Shown here: piece by piece, positions 50,527 through 59,695 of the stretch
How positions within the stretch are numbered: position 1 is the stretch's first letter
Layout: the number at the start of each line of letters is the position of its first letter
Virus record (IMG/VR): IMGVR_UViG_3300031993_000055
Span: 1-64,000 of that record
Strand: one strand, 5' to 3'
Length of the DNA: 64,000 bases
Source: a virus
Taxonomy: Duplodnaviria > Caudoviricetes
Program-made: the position numbers and the translations under genes
Notes under the pieces: generated by a model
Database searches by the model: none
What the model saw: only the letters and a program-made list of their open reading frames with translations
Told to the model about the DNA's origin: nothing

Positions 50527-50715
50527 ATGAAACCGAAACGTAAGAACTTTCTATCGTGGAGCGAGGCTTGGAGCCGTCTGCTCTCGGGTGAGATTATCGC
50601 AGCCTGCCGACTGAGTGCGGGGGCTTACACCTATCTCAGAAACCAGGCGTGGCGCATAGGCCGCGAGCTGGTGGACTCTGGTGCTGGAAGTTTTAGAACT
50701 TTTTCACTGAACTGA
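50527..50715 (+). CDS. Early-region hypothetical protein
   Basis: 62-aa ORF packed between its neighbours. Confidence 0.5.
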   Translation: MKPKRKNFLSWSEAWSRLLSGEIIAACRLSAGAYTYLRNQAWRIGRELVDSGAGSFRTFSLN

Positions 50716-50719
50716 AAGT

Positions 50720-51076
50720 ATGGCAAAGGTAAAATCGGTTACTATCGAGTTTGATTTCGATAAGATACTAAAAGGTGTTTTTATCGACAGCAAAAACAAG
50801 GACGTAAACACTATTTGCGACCGCTTGTTTGCAGAAAAATCTATACGCGATTGGTATATGGAGAATTATCCTGATGACGATATGGGTAAAAACTTGTCGA
50901 GCTTAACATGGTATAGTTTGTTATTGGCTCTACGCGAAAGCAGCAATGCGGTTAGTATTCTTCGCGTAGAAGACTCCCTTGTACGAGAGCGTTGCTTTGG
51001 TCATCTGGCCGAACTTATGGGTGTGCCATACGATGTTATCTACTATCTGTGGCTTAGAACGAATTGTAACTATTGA
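50720..51076 (+). CDS. Early-region hypothetical protein
   Basis: 118-aa ORF. Confidence 0.6.
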   Translation: MAKVKSVTIEFDFDKILKGVFIDSKNKDVNTICDRLFAEKSIRDWYMENYPDDDMGKNLSSLTWYSLLLALRESSNAVSILRVEDSLVRERCFGHLAELMGVPYDVIYYLWLRTNCNY

Positions 51077-51093
51077 CATAAAAAATTACGACT

Positions 51094-51468
51094 ATGGAGA
51101 AACTTAGAGTTGAAGTGTTTCGCCACCAGGCTTGGGGCGACTGCACCAATAATGGCGTGTCATCTCGCCACAACGAGATGTTACTGTTCTGGGATTGCAA
51201 GCGAGAGGATGCTATCGCCTATTGCGATGACAACGGCATCAACATCGACGGATGTCTTTGGCTGAAGCCGAGAGATTTATGGGGACACGATCACAGCGTG
51301 GCCGTGCCACTGATACATGAGACGAACATGGTTGGCCCCATGATGGGTGGCAACTTCGTCTATACCTGCGACAGCCGTATGCCTAAGATTGAGGGCTGGC
51401 TGCACGCTCCTATTGCGGTTCACGACCGCTATGAGACACAGGAGGATTATAATTCAAATTTCGATTGA
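51094..51468 (+). CDS. Early-region hypothetical protein
   Basis: 124 aa, ACGACTATG start context. Confidence 0.65.
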   Translation: MEKLRVEVFRHQAWGDCTNNGVSSRHNEMLLFWDCKREDAIAYCDDNGINIDGCLWLKPRDLWGHDHSVAVPLIHETNMVGPMMGGNFVYTCDSRMPKIEGWLHAPIAVHDRYETQEDYNSNFD

Positions 51469-51486
51469 CCACCTAAAACGACGGCT

Positions 51487-51669
51487 ATGGCACAGTATCA
51501 TGCACAGCTTCTCAGCACCATGGTCAAAATCCATTCTGAGAAGTCTATCGACGAGGTTAGTGCGTATCTCCTGGCACACTATGACGAGCCTCTGGTGTAT
51601 CTGTGGGATGTCGCCGACTATCCTGATGACCCCATGAGCTATACAGGGGATATAGAGATTACGGTTTAA
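51487..51669 (+). CDS. Early-region hypothetical protein
   Basis: 60 aa, ACGGCTATG start context. Confidence 0.55.
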   Translation: MAQYHAQLLSTMVKIHSEKSIDEVSAYLLAHYDEPLVYLWDVADYPDDPMSYTGDIEITV

Positions 51670-51695
51670 TAATTTACAATAAAAAAATCACAATT

Positions 51696-52811
51696 ATGGA
51701 AAAAAGCAGAATCCATATCGCCAACGGAGTTCAGTACTATTTCGGTGGCGACTACGGCTCTATCTTCATGGTCGAGCCAAAGACAATTTCCCGCTTCCAT
51801 GAGCTGCACAACCAGCAGCCAGATGCGGACAAGTACGGCGTGTTCTTCGCTTTCAGCAAGGAGCAGTTCAAGAAAGGCTACGACTCTATGGTGCGTCGCG
51901 GCTACATCAAGGACGGCGATAAAATCAAGGAGGGCCCTTTGGGCATGTACGGCACCGAGGACGAGATTCACCGTTTCTACGAGTTCTACGAGGAGCGCAA
52001 CAAGAAGATTGCCCAGGAGTGCGACCCGCAGGAGGTCTACTTCTATGAGTGGAACAACCATGAGGTGTGTATCTCCTGCGACGATGACGAAGCTATGCGC
52101 TGTATCATTGACTATTTTGGCAAGGAGGCAGCCCACAAGGTCGAGCGTGTCTATGCAGGTACGCCTATTAACGTGCTGGCCCCGCTCACTACCCGCGACG
52201 AGCACCTCAAGCAGTACGAGCACTCGTTGATGATGCTCGGTCGTCTGAGCTTCGACTGTGGCGGCTTCTTCTCAGAGGGCGACTGTCGCTATCATCGCCC
52301 GGAATGCCTGTGGGCAGGCAATATCAAAAAGCAGGTCGAGGAGATGCGCAAGCTCTATAACGGCCTGCCGGACGACATCAAGGACGAGAGCTGCATGAGC
52401 AAGGAGAAGATTGAGGACTATGGCAAGCGTTTCGAGCAGTGGGCTGACGAGGAGTTTGCCAAGGATATCTATAACCCTGTGCCGCCTACGCCTCGCAGTA
52501 AGTACAAGGGCTATGAGCTGGCGTTAGGTTACAAGCGTCTGCGCTATAAGGACGAAGACGGCAAATGGCAGACCCCCGACCACGTATGGTTCAGCAACGA
52601 CACGCGCCGCTGTCATCAGGATAAGAGCTGTGTGGCAGGACGATGCTTTACAAGCTATCTCGGCAAGAAAGGCACCACGCTGACGCGCGTCTATATCGAC
52701 ACCGACTCCATGAGCTTTGAGCCCTACACGCTGCCACACCTGTGCGACGTGTCGGCTAAGTATAACCCTGACTACCGTCAGAACAAACTCTATGACTTCT
52801 ATCACGAGTAG
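51696..52811 (+). CDS. Early-region hypothetical protein
   Basis: 371 aa, acidic and aromatic-rich (QEVYFYEWNNHE). Confidence 0.7.
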   Translation: MEKSRIHIANGVQYYFGGDYGSIFMVEPKTISRFHELHNQQPDADKYGVFFAFSKEQFKKGYDSMVRRGYIKDGDKIKEGPLGMYGTEDEIHRFYEFYEERNKKIAQECDPQEVYFYEWNNHEVCISCDDDEAMRCIIDYFGKEAAHKVERVYAGTPINVLAPLTTRDEHLKQYEHSLMMLGRLSFDCGGFFSEGDCRYHRPECLWAGNIKKQVEEMRKLYNGLPDDIKDESCMSKEKIEDYGKRFEQWADEEFAKDIYNPVPPTPRSKYKGYELALGYKRLRYKDEDGKWQTPDHVWFSNDTRRCHQDKSCVAGRCFTSYLGKKGTTLTRVYIDTDSMSFEPYTLPHLCDVSAKYNPDYRQNKLYDFYHE

Positions 52812-52844
52812 TTTTTTTTATTAACCCAAAAATTCAAAACGATT

Positions 52845-53891
52845 ATGACAACAAGAATCACTATGCCACAAGTGGCTACAGTCAACCCAAGTAGCAGACC
52901 TTTCGAGCCAGTTGAAATCCCTCTCGAGGATTTGCTGCTGTCCCGTGCCGACGAGAACGCTATGATTGCGCCTATCTCGGACAACACAGAGTGGTTCCCT
53001 CCTATCAGGGAGGGTAAGACCAGAGGTATCACTATGGAGCAGCTTCGTGCAGGCAGCGACATTGAGGACCGCAACGGCGCTATCCTCAATGGCATCAACG
53101 CCTATCAGCTCATCGGTCAGGTGGCGCAGATGGCCCGTAACTACCATGGAGAGGCCCGTATCAAGGACCTCTTCGTGGCCGACAACATCAACTCGAGCCT
53201 TGGTAACGGCATCGCCATCAACAAGCGTCTCAAGGACATCTATCAGAAGCAGACGGGTACGGAGAACATCCCGTTCGCGGCGGCTACGTTCAACCGTGTG
53301 TTCTGTAACATCGAGCTGGTCGGCCAGCATACTGACACCCATATCGCCAATATCGTGGTGGCTACCAACCAGCAGGGTCTGCAGGTGGCTGTGGGTGCGC
53401 ACTGCTATGCTTGCCGTAACCAGACTATCCTCGGCAAGGAGCACCTTGTCAGCAGCTATGGCCGTCGTAAAATCAGCACAGAGGATTTCCTGCGTGCCGT
53501 CGACCTGATGCTCTCCGGCTACCGCTTCGTGGATGACATGGAAGCCCTGCGCCGTATGCAGGCTATCGAGCTCTCCGACGAGCATGTGCTGATGATTATG
53601 GGCTATCTGCGCCATATCTACGCCAAGTACAACAGCCGCACGAAGTCTATCCGAGACGAGGTAACGGGTAAGTACGACATCTATCCCATGGATGCCTCTC
53701 AGCTCAACCGTCTCGACCAGTGTATCGTTGAGACCGAGCGTATGCTTGGTGGCCGTCCTATGACTGTCTACGACCTCTATCAGGGTGCTACCACTATCTA
53801 CAAGGTGGCCCGCACCGATATGCCCAATATCCTGCCGCAGAACCTCGCCTTCGTGCAGACGCTGAGTGAGATATTCGGGCAGGACTTCTAA
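52845..53891 (+). CDS. DUF932-like protein
   Basis: GLQVAVGAHCYACRNQTI resembles the DUF932 C-x-N motif; C-terminal TVYDLYQGAT helix. Confidence 0.5.
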   Translation: MTTRITMPQVATVNPSSRPFEPVEIPLEDLLLSRADENAMIAPISDNTEWFPPIREGKTRGITMEQLRAGSDIEDRNGAILNGINAYQLIGQVAQMARNYHGEARIKDLFVADNINSSLGNGIAINKRLKDIYQKQTGTENIPFAAATFNRVFCNIELVGQHTDTHIANIVVATNQQGLQVAVGAHCYACRNQTILGKEHLVSSYGRRKISTEDFLRAVDLMLSGYRFVDDMEALRRMQAIELSDEHVLMIMGYLRHIYAKYNSRTKSIRDEVTGKYDIYPMDASQLNRLDQCIVETERMLGGRPMTVYDLYQGATTIYKVARTDMPNILPQNLAFVQTLSEIFGQDF

Positions 53892-53938
53892 GAGAACAAA
53901 GGAAACAAGAGTTATTAATCCCCAAAATTCATACGACT

Positions 53939-54643
53939 ATGAAACTGAATCTTTCAAACAACGTAAAGAAGAACGAGAGTGTAAACGTGCAGAACGCACA
54001 TGTTAATAACCAGGTTATCGCAGCTGCTGCTGCAGGCCCTGCCGTCGATGCCGAGGCCGTCGAGATTAAGGACGAGCCTAAGGCCAAGGCTGCGCCTAAG
54101 AAGAAGGGTGCCGCCAAGAAGGCTGCGCCTAAGAAGAGTGCGCCCAAGACCAAGGACAGCTATCGCATCCAGGAGTACACCACCAAGAAGGGTGGTACCG
54201 CCTATCTGCTCTTCGGCTTCCAGACGAAGGAGGCCGCCGAGGCTGTGGCAGAGAAGTGCTCTAAGACCGTCTCTGCTTCATGGCGACGCAACGAGAAGGG
54301 CGAGCAGCTCTTCTGCCTGTCTCTGGGCTCACGCTATGGCGAGGTTACCAAGGCTCTCTGCGAGGCGCTGAACAAGGGCGACAAGAAGGCTATCGACAAG
54401 GCTTGTGCCGCTTCCCGTGATATCTATGAGCTGGCCGTGGCTGCTGGCAAGGCAGAGCGTGAGGCCAAAAAGGCTGAGCGTGCTGCCGAGAAGAAAGCCA
54501 AGGGTGCCGAGTCGGCCAAGGGTGCTGCCAAGGATTCCAAGAACTATTCCGACAAGGACGTGGCCAAGATGCTCTCTGATATTATGTCGGGTAAAGGTGG
54601 TATCCCCGAGGCCGTGAAGAAACTTATGCAAGCTGCTGCTTGA
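53939..54643 (+). CDS. Lys/Ala-rich (histone H1-like tails) hypothetical protein
   Basis: PKKKGAAKKAAPKK and EAKKAERAAEKKAK tracts flank a globular core. Confidence 0.7.
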   Translation: MKLNLSNNVKKNESVNVQNAHVNNQVIAAAAAGPAVDAEAVEIKDEPKAKAAPKKKGAAKKAAPKKSAPKTKDSYRIQEYTTKKGGTAYLLFGFQTKEAAEAVAEKCSKTVSASWRRNEKGEQLFCLSLGSRYGEVTKALCEALNKGDKKAIDKACAASRDIYELAVAAGKAEREAKKAERAAEKKAKGAESAKGAAKDSKNYSDKDVAKMLSDIMSGKGGIPEAVKKLMQAAA

Positions 54644-54654
54644 CTCTGAACTAT

Positions 54655-54676
54655 GGGGAGCCTCGTGCTCCCCATA
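54655..54676 (+). terminator. Putative terminator hairpin
   Basis: TATGGGGAGC-CTCGT-GCTCCCCATA followed by CTTT. Confidence 0.55.
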
Positions 54677-54720
54677 CTTTCTATAACCTACGGATTTTAC
54701 GGATTTAAATTATCACGATT

Positions 54721-55212
54721 ATGTCACACAGTAACATCTATCAGATAAGTAGAAAGCCTATCGACAAAGACGACTACAAGACAAGTAGCGAGTATTATGA
54801 CAACTCGAGCGACTTTGCCGACTATATCGGCGACGAGTTGGAGGGCGAACTGCGCGATAAAGCAATCAGCGAATTGGCTGAACTTATCAAAGACGTGTTC
54901 GAGTATATCGGAGACGGCGTGTTCGTATACAGGGGAAAGAGATTTATGCAGGGCTTCAAGCAGGACTGGGCAGACGAGATAAAGCATCTGGCCGAAGAGA
55001 TGACGGCCGACAATATGACAAAGAACCAGCGACTCTATAACATCGGCCAGACTACTCTGGAGACACACCTGCGCTCAGACTGCCGCGTGGATCTCGTGGA
55101 TTGGTGCAACGGCGTTGCCAACCCCCTTGGAGAACTCTTTGAGTTTGCTGACTATAAGCTCCGCAAAGGCTGCAAGCTATACGTAGGAGCCGTTATCGAC
55201 TATCACTTATAA
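54721..55212 (+). CDS. Acidic hypothetical protein directly upstream of the RT
   Basis: 163 aa; 12 nt separate it from the RT start. Confidence 0.7.
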   Translation: MSHSNIYQISRKPIDKDDYKTSSEYYDNSSDFADYIGDELEGELRDKAISELAELIKDVFEYIGDGVFVYRGKRFMQGFKQDWADEIKHLAEEMTADNMTKNQRLYNIGQTTLETHLRSDCRVDLVDWCNGVANPLGELFEFADYKLRKGCKLYVGAVIDYHL

Positions 55213-55224
55213 ATACATACGACT

Positions 55225-56865
55225 ATGGAAGATATTTTGCTACAGAAGTTCTTCGAGTTTGAGCGTTGGGAGGCAGCTATCGCCAAGGGCATCGTCAAGG
55301 ACGTGTCCAAGGCGTGGCTGTACCAGCTGTGCAAGCCCGAGACGAGAATGATGATGTACGAGGCTATACGCGACGGCAGGTACGAGATTGCCCCGCCGCA
55401 TACGGCGCTTATCCCCAAGGACACGCCGGGCGAGTTTCGTACGGTATATGTGAACGAGCCTGCGGACCGTATTCTGCTGAGCATCGTCAACGACCTGCTC
55501 TTCGAGCTGATGCCCGACAAGGTGCATCCTGCCTGCAAGAGCTATCTCAAGGGTATCGGCTGCGGCAAGGTGGTACAGGAGGCCAGCAGTGCTATCGTGT
55601 ACTATACCAGGGAGTGTCCGTATACCAAGATAGGGTGGAAGAGCGACCTCTCGAAGTATTTCGACTCGGTGCCTATCGAGTATATCGACGGTGCTTTCGA
55701 CATGGTGGAGGAGCGCTATGGACACTCTGCTATCATCGACGTGCTGCGCAAGTACTACCACTCGGATGTGTATATCACTCCTGAGGGCGAGGTGGCCTAT
55801 AAGTACCAGAGCCTGAAGCAGGGCTGCTCGGTGGCATCGTGGCTGGCCGACGTGCTGCTCTATCATATCGACGAGCAGCTCTCTGCCTTGGACGGTCATT
55901 ACGACCGCTATTCCGACGACATGCTCTTCATCGGTGCGGAAGCCGAGAAGGGTATGGCTATCCTCATTGACGAGCTGGGCAAGATGCAGATGTGCCTGAA
56001 TCCGAAAAAGGTGGAGTGGCTTGACGACAGTCATTGGTTCAAGTTCCTGGGCTTCTCTATCAAGGGTGCGAGCATCTCTCTGAGCTCTACCCGCATAAAA
56101 ACCTTCCAGAAGGAAATCGAGGCATGGACTATTCGTCATCGTGCCCGCCACACCTTCCAGGGCGTCAAGCCATGGAGCGTGCAGAAGGCTATCAACGGCG
56201 TGAACCGCTATCTCTATAAGGGCGACGGCGACGGCCACTCATGGGCTACGGGTGTGCTCTCTGTCATCAACGTACGACAGGATGTGGATACCCTCAATGC
56301 CTTCGTCATGGACTGCATCCGTGCCGTCCATACCGGTAAGAAGAAGATTGGCGGCTTAGGCTATGACAAGCAGGGTAAGGACGGCTGTATCGTACGTGGC
56401 AGAGGACGTAATGTTACTGCCAACAGACAGAAGACGGGCGACGATATCTCCGGCTATATCTCGCTGGGATGTATGCAGAACGCTATCCGTACTTCCAGGG
56501 CGGCCTATGATGCGCTGGTGAGGACACTGACACTTCCCAACCCACCCGCCCTTCACCCCGCCCCTGACCCCTCCCCTGCAAGGGGTGGGGAGACTACTAT
56601 AGAGGCGCTTGAGACTGCCTATGCCGTCTATAAGCACTCTATCCCCTCGGAGCAGACCATGCACCGCACGGCCCGCTTCTATGCCCTGCCGGAGTCGGAG
56701 CTGTCGGATGATGACATGCTCTATGGCGTACACCGTGAGCAGGCCGAGCGTGATTTGGAGAATGCCTTGCAGGGCTTCACCCTTCCCGAGGGCAGCGGGT
56801 GGTTCTGGCAGTCGTCCAACGACCCCGACCTCGTGGTGCTGCGCTCATGGTGCAAGGCAGCGTGA
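55225..56865 (+). CDS. Reverse transcriptase, stand-alone (not intron- or DGR-like in context)
   Basis: RT motifs in order: IPK..GEFRTVYV, DRILL, KSDLSKYFDSV, SLKQGCSVASWLA, catalytic RYSDD, LNPKK, FKFLGF. These are followed by a thumb, a Pro-rich linker and a ~90-aa C-terminal extension. Confidence 0.95.
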   Translation: MEDILLQKFFEFERWEAAIAKGIVKDVSKAWLYQLCKPETRMMMYEAIRDGRYEIAPPHTALIPKDTPGEFRTVYVNEPADRILLSIVNDLLFELMPDKVHPACKSYLKGIGCGKVVQEASSAIVYYTRECPYTKIGWKSDLSKYFDSVPIEYIDGAFDMVEERYGHSAIIDVLRKYYHSDVYITPEGEVAYKYQSLKQGCSVASWLADVLLYHIDEQLSALDGHYDRYSDDMLFIGAEAEKGMAILIDELGKMQMCLNPKKVEWLDDSHWFKFLGFSIKGASISLSSTRIKTFQKEIEAWTIRHRARHTFQGVKPWSVQKAINGVNRYLYKGDGDGHSWATGVLSVINVRQDVDTLNAFVMDCIRAVHTGKKKIGGLGYDKQGKDGCIVRGRGRNVTANRQKTGDDISGYISLGCMQNAIRTSRAAYDALVRTLTLPNPPALHPAPDPSPARGGETTIEALETAYAVYKHSIPSEQTMHRTARFYALPESELSDDDMLYGVHREQAERDLENALQGFTLPEGSGWFWQSSNDPDLVVLRSWCKAA

Positions 56866-56871
56866 TATGAT

Positions 56872-57057
56872 GCTACCGCATAGTAGCTCCCTGCTTAGGA
56901 CGGCAAGCTATTTCAGTACAGAAGACCTTGACTACTGTAAGGGGCCCAGGAGATGAGCCAGGTTATTACCGTGGCTCATCTCCTGGGAACCTTACCGTAG
57001 CAACGTCTTCTTTAACAACGAGACGCTATAGCGCTATGCCATGCCGTAAGGAGCAGG
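56872..57057 (+). ncRNA. RT-array unit 1
   Basis: GCTAC-CGCATA-GTAGC hairpin; outer stems CCTGCT/AGCAGG and ACGGCA/TGCCGT; long hairpin 56921-57010 with a perfect 15-bp CCCAGGAGATGAGCC/GGCTCATCTCCTGGG. Confidence 0.8.
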
Positions 57058-57069
57058 TATCTCTCTTAT

Positions 57070-57256
57070 CAGTCCGCACAGACTGAAAAAACATTCCGTA
57101 GGACGGCAACTATTTCATACGTGCTGTATCTTAACCAGAGATGGGCCGTCTCAGTATTCAGGTTCATCACCGTGGACACTGAAGACGGCCCGATTTCTGG
57201 CTATCCAGCCCTTAATCGGAACTATACAGACAGATGTGCCGAGCTGTCAGGCGGGA
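57070..57256 (+). ncRNA. RT-array unit 2
   Basis: CAGTC-CGCACA-GACTG hairpin; TAGGACGGCAA-CTATTTCA shared with unit 1; long hairpin 57123-57209. Confidence 0.8.
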
Positions 57257-57304
57257 CACAAACAATTCACAATTAACAATTCACAATTTTAAAATTCTAC
57301 AACT

Positions 57305-58465
57305 ATGCCAACAAAGAAGTCAACAACAGTGAAGAAGTCAACAAAGTCTGCAACCTCTAAGAAGACTATCGCTTCTAAGAAGACCGCTGCCAAGCAGCCA
57401 GTTACCAACACCAGTGCCCAGACCCGTGTGGTATGCCCCGAGTGCGGTGCCGAGTTCGATATCCTCGCACAGCACGAGCATACCGTCCAGAACGCCACCG
57501 TCATCGGTGCCGACTCCGGCATGGGTACTATCTACCTGCCGGTCAGCAAGCGAGGCGATGCCCTCAAGGCTGCGGGTATCGACATCTCGAAGTACTTCTC
57601 TATACAGCTGCCCAACGGCGGTAGCCAGTGGATGCGTATGGGAGGGGATGGTGTGCCTGTGGCCGTAGCCGCCGACGACCCCGTCCTGAAGGCTATCGCC
57701 AGTCAGGGTACCGTCCCCAACCGCAGCCTGTTCCGCCGCTGGATCATGTCGCAGATGTTCCATGCCCTGCAGAGCAGTGAGGGTATCACGGGCTGGATGG
57801 CTGTCCGCGGCTACGACTACCAGTGGAGGATGTTCATCGAGGAGCTGCGTGTGCAGGCCAAGCTCTATGGCCGCGACATGGAGAACTTCCGTGCCCGTAA
57901 CCGCTGGTTCAACAAGCAGGTGGCCGTTGCCATGGCCGGGCACTTCGTCGAAGAGGTCATGAAGGCCTGCAAAGACCGTCCGCAGCACAAGTGCAAGGGT
58001 ACGCCCTATATCAAGTTCGACTACAAGGATGTGTTCGTGGACGACATCCGCAAGAAGATTATCGAGCCTATCTCGAGTCGTATCCACGCCATCCGTTATG
58101 CCGACAGCCCTCAGAAGCTCTACGAGGCCGTGAAGAAGTTCTGGTACGAGGGCCGCTGCAAGGGTAGTAACGCCTACGACCAGTGCCCCGAGTGGAAGGA
58201 CGCCTTCAAGGGTGCGGGTGCCTACTTCACCATGCAGAACCTGCTGCGCTTCCATGGTGCCCTCTATCCTCTGGCAGCCGACTTCGGTCGTGAGCGCTGC
58301 AGCGACCTGGAGAAGCTCGAGAAGCTCGCCGGGCACTACAAGGACGGTGAGGGCTTCCGTCTGATTGGTGTCATGAAGCTGATGCTCAGAGAGTGCGGCA
58401 TCGACATCGACAAGAAGATGCAGGAGTGGTCTAAGGCCAAGGCTGCCAAGCAGGCTTCCAAGTAG
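57305..58465 (+). CDS. RT-array-embedded protein (K/T/S-rich tail, CPEC zinc-knuckle-like motif, unknown domain)
   Basis: 386-aa ORF between array units 2 and 3; motifs VVCPECG, LFRRWIMSQMFH, WKDAFKGAGAYFTMQNLLRFH. Confidence 0.85.
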   Translation: MPTKKSTTVKKSTKSATSKKTIASKKTAAKQPVTNTSAQTRVVCPECGAEFDILAQHEHTVQNATVIGADSGMGTIYLPVSKRGDALKAAGIDISKYFSIQLPNGGSQWMRMGGDGVPVAVAADDPVLKAIASQGTVPNRSLFRRWIMSQMFHALQSSEGITGWMAVRGYDYQWRMFIEELRVQAKLYGRDMENFRARNRWFNKQVAVAMAGHFVEEVMKACKDRPQHKCKGTPYIKFDYKDVFVDDIRKKIIEPISSRIHAIRYADSPQKLYEAVKKFWYEGRCKGSNAYDQCPEWKDAFKGAGAYFTMQNLLRFHGALYPLAADFGRERCSDLEKLEKLAGHYKDGEGFRLIGVMKLMLRECGIDIDKKMQEWSKAKAAKQASK

Positions 58466-58472
58466 CCTCTCT

Positions 58473-58637
58473 ATGGTGGCGCATACCACCATGGCTTCCC
58501 GTAGGGCGGCACGTGTTCATAGAGATCCGACTGAACAGAGATGGTACCTTCAGCCATGCGTGAAGGTACCATCTCTTACGTCGGATCTCTTTCAATCGTA
58601 AGACTATAGCACTATGCCATGGCCGCAAGGCGGGAGG
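58473..58637 (+). ncRNA. RT-array unit 3
   Basis: ATGGTGG-CGCATA-CCACCAT hairpin; CTTCCCG/CGGGAGG outer stem; long hairpin 58521-58590 with a perfect 16-bp AGAGATGGTACCTTCA/TGAAGGTACCATCTCT. Confidence 0.82.
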
Positions 58638-58644
58638 AGTTCAT

Positions 58645-58821
58645 CAGGTCGTACAACCTGTCATGCTGCAAGGCCGGCTTCGATTTAATTATACAGTAAC
58701 TTGACAAGGCTACTGATCGCGTGACAAGTCTAATCAGACTCGTAACGCGATCTTTACCCTCGCAGGTTGGACTGTACATATCATCATCCTAAAGCGTTGT
58801 ACCACAAGTCGGCAGGGCAGC
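58645..58821 (+). ncRNA. RT-array unit 4
   Basis: CAGGT-CGTACA-ACCTG hairpin; GCTGC/GCAGC and GCCGGCTT/AAGTCGGC stems; long hairpin 58692-58776. Confidence 0.78.
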
Positions 58822-58827
58822 TTATCG

Positions 58828-58985
58828 GGGCAGCACAGCCCTATACCAATAGCAAGGCATCAACAGTTCAGAAAGCAGGTGTAAAACTCCTGGATTCCTA
58901 CTGGGTAATACCCAGTATACAGCCAGGACCACACCTGCTCCTTCATCAGCATCCTATAGACGATGTGCCAGGCGATGCAGAGCTT
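58828..58985 (+). ncRNA. RT-array unit 5
   Basis: GGGC-AGCACA-GCCC hairpin; GCATC/GATGC stem; long hairpin 58871-58944 (AGCAGGTGT/ACACCTGCT, TACTGGGT/ACCCAGTA). Confidence 0.75.
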
Positions 58986-58994
58986 ATCCTTTTT

Positions 58995-59173
58995 AGTGGC
59001 GCATACCACTTTTTGTAACCTATAGAGCAGCAAACTTTTCAGAGCCGGCGTGCTTAAAGCTGGTGAAGAAGTCATCCTCAGGACTAATCATCCTGACTAT
59101 GACTTCTTTACCAGCTTCACACGCCGCTTCATCAGCCGTGTAAAGACGATATGCCATGACTGCGAGGTAGGTT
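58995..59173 (+). ncRNA. RT-array unit 6
   Basis: AGTGG-CGCATA-CCACT hairpin; AACCTA/TAGGTT stem; long hairpin 59042-59130 with a 19-bp AAGCTGGTGAAGAAGTCAT/ATGACTTCTTTACCAGCTT. Confidence 0.82.
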
Positions 59174-59175
59174 CT

Positions 59176-59356
59176 TAGGGAGTGTGAACTATCATTTGAG
59201 ACTCCAAGCCGTACGTATTTCAGAACATCCTGCACAATTACCTGTAGCTTGGTCAAGATGCCCGTGTGCTATCCACACGGGCATCTGAACCGCTACAGGA
59301 GAGCAGGATGTGTACATCATCCCTATACAGCTACACACCATGGTACGGAGAGGAGT
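59176..59356 (+). ncRNA. RT-array unit 7 (5' small hairpin degenerate)
   Basis: ACTCC/GGAGT and CCGTAC/GTACGG stems; TATTTCAG; long hairpin 59225-59311 with a perfect 13-bp AGATGCCCGTGTG/CACACGGGCATCT. Confidence 0.75.
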
Positions 59357-59535
59357 GGTGGCGCATACCACCGACGATGACTGTAGGACGCTATGTGTTC
59401 ACTACACGAGCTATCAATAAGCGTTAGCTCAGTAGGGCGGCCATCAATAAGATGGCGGCCTTACGAGCTTACGCTTCTAAGCTCGTGTGACATCACACGT
59501 ATAAAGGACTATGCCATGAAGCGTCAGGCAGTCGT
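59357..59535 (+). ncRNA. RT-array unit 8
   Basis: GGTGG-CGCATA-CCACC hairpin; ATGACTG/CAGTCGT and GACGCT/AGCGTC stems; long hairpin 59404-59488. Confidence 0.8.
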
Positions 59536-59630
59536 GATGTGTTAGCCCGCAGCGGCTTCGACCTGTGTCTTTGATGACACTGCGGGTACTATGATGTATC
59601 ATAATTGTGATGATTTTTAGAGTTTTTTTG

Positions 59631-59665
59631 GGGCGGTCTGTCGTGAGACACGCTGCCCTTTGTTT
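59631..59665 (+). terminator. Intrinsic terminator closing the main array block
   Basis: GGGCGG(TC)TGTC-GTGA-GACA-CGCTGCCC followed by TTTGTTTTT. Confidence 0.7.
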
Positions 59666-59695
59666 TTGAACGGTTTTTCATTATTATAACGGCTT

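Noticed and set aside
55225-57300. Group II intron
   Set aside because: I saw no domain V/VI-like sequence after the RT and no interrupted host gene. The RT sits in a tightly packed operon, and the downstream structure repeats ten times.
58767-59256. Short ORFs (58767-59018, 58860-59075, 59020-59256) across the array
   Set aside because: They overlap structured ncRNA units, start at TTG/GTG without the ACGAYTATG context, and show no protein-like motifs.
59540-59590. An eleventh array unit (CCCGCAG...CTGCGGG hairpin after unit 8)
   Set aside because: It lacks the CGCATA hairpin, AGG loop and TATGCC motifs. It may be a truncated remnant or a processing hairpin.
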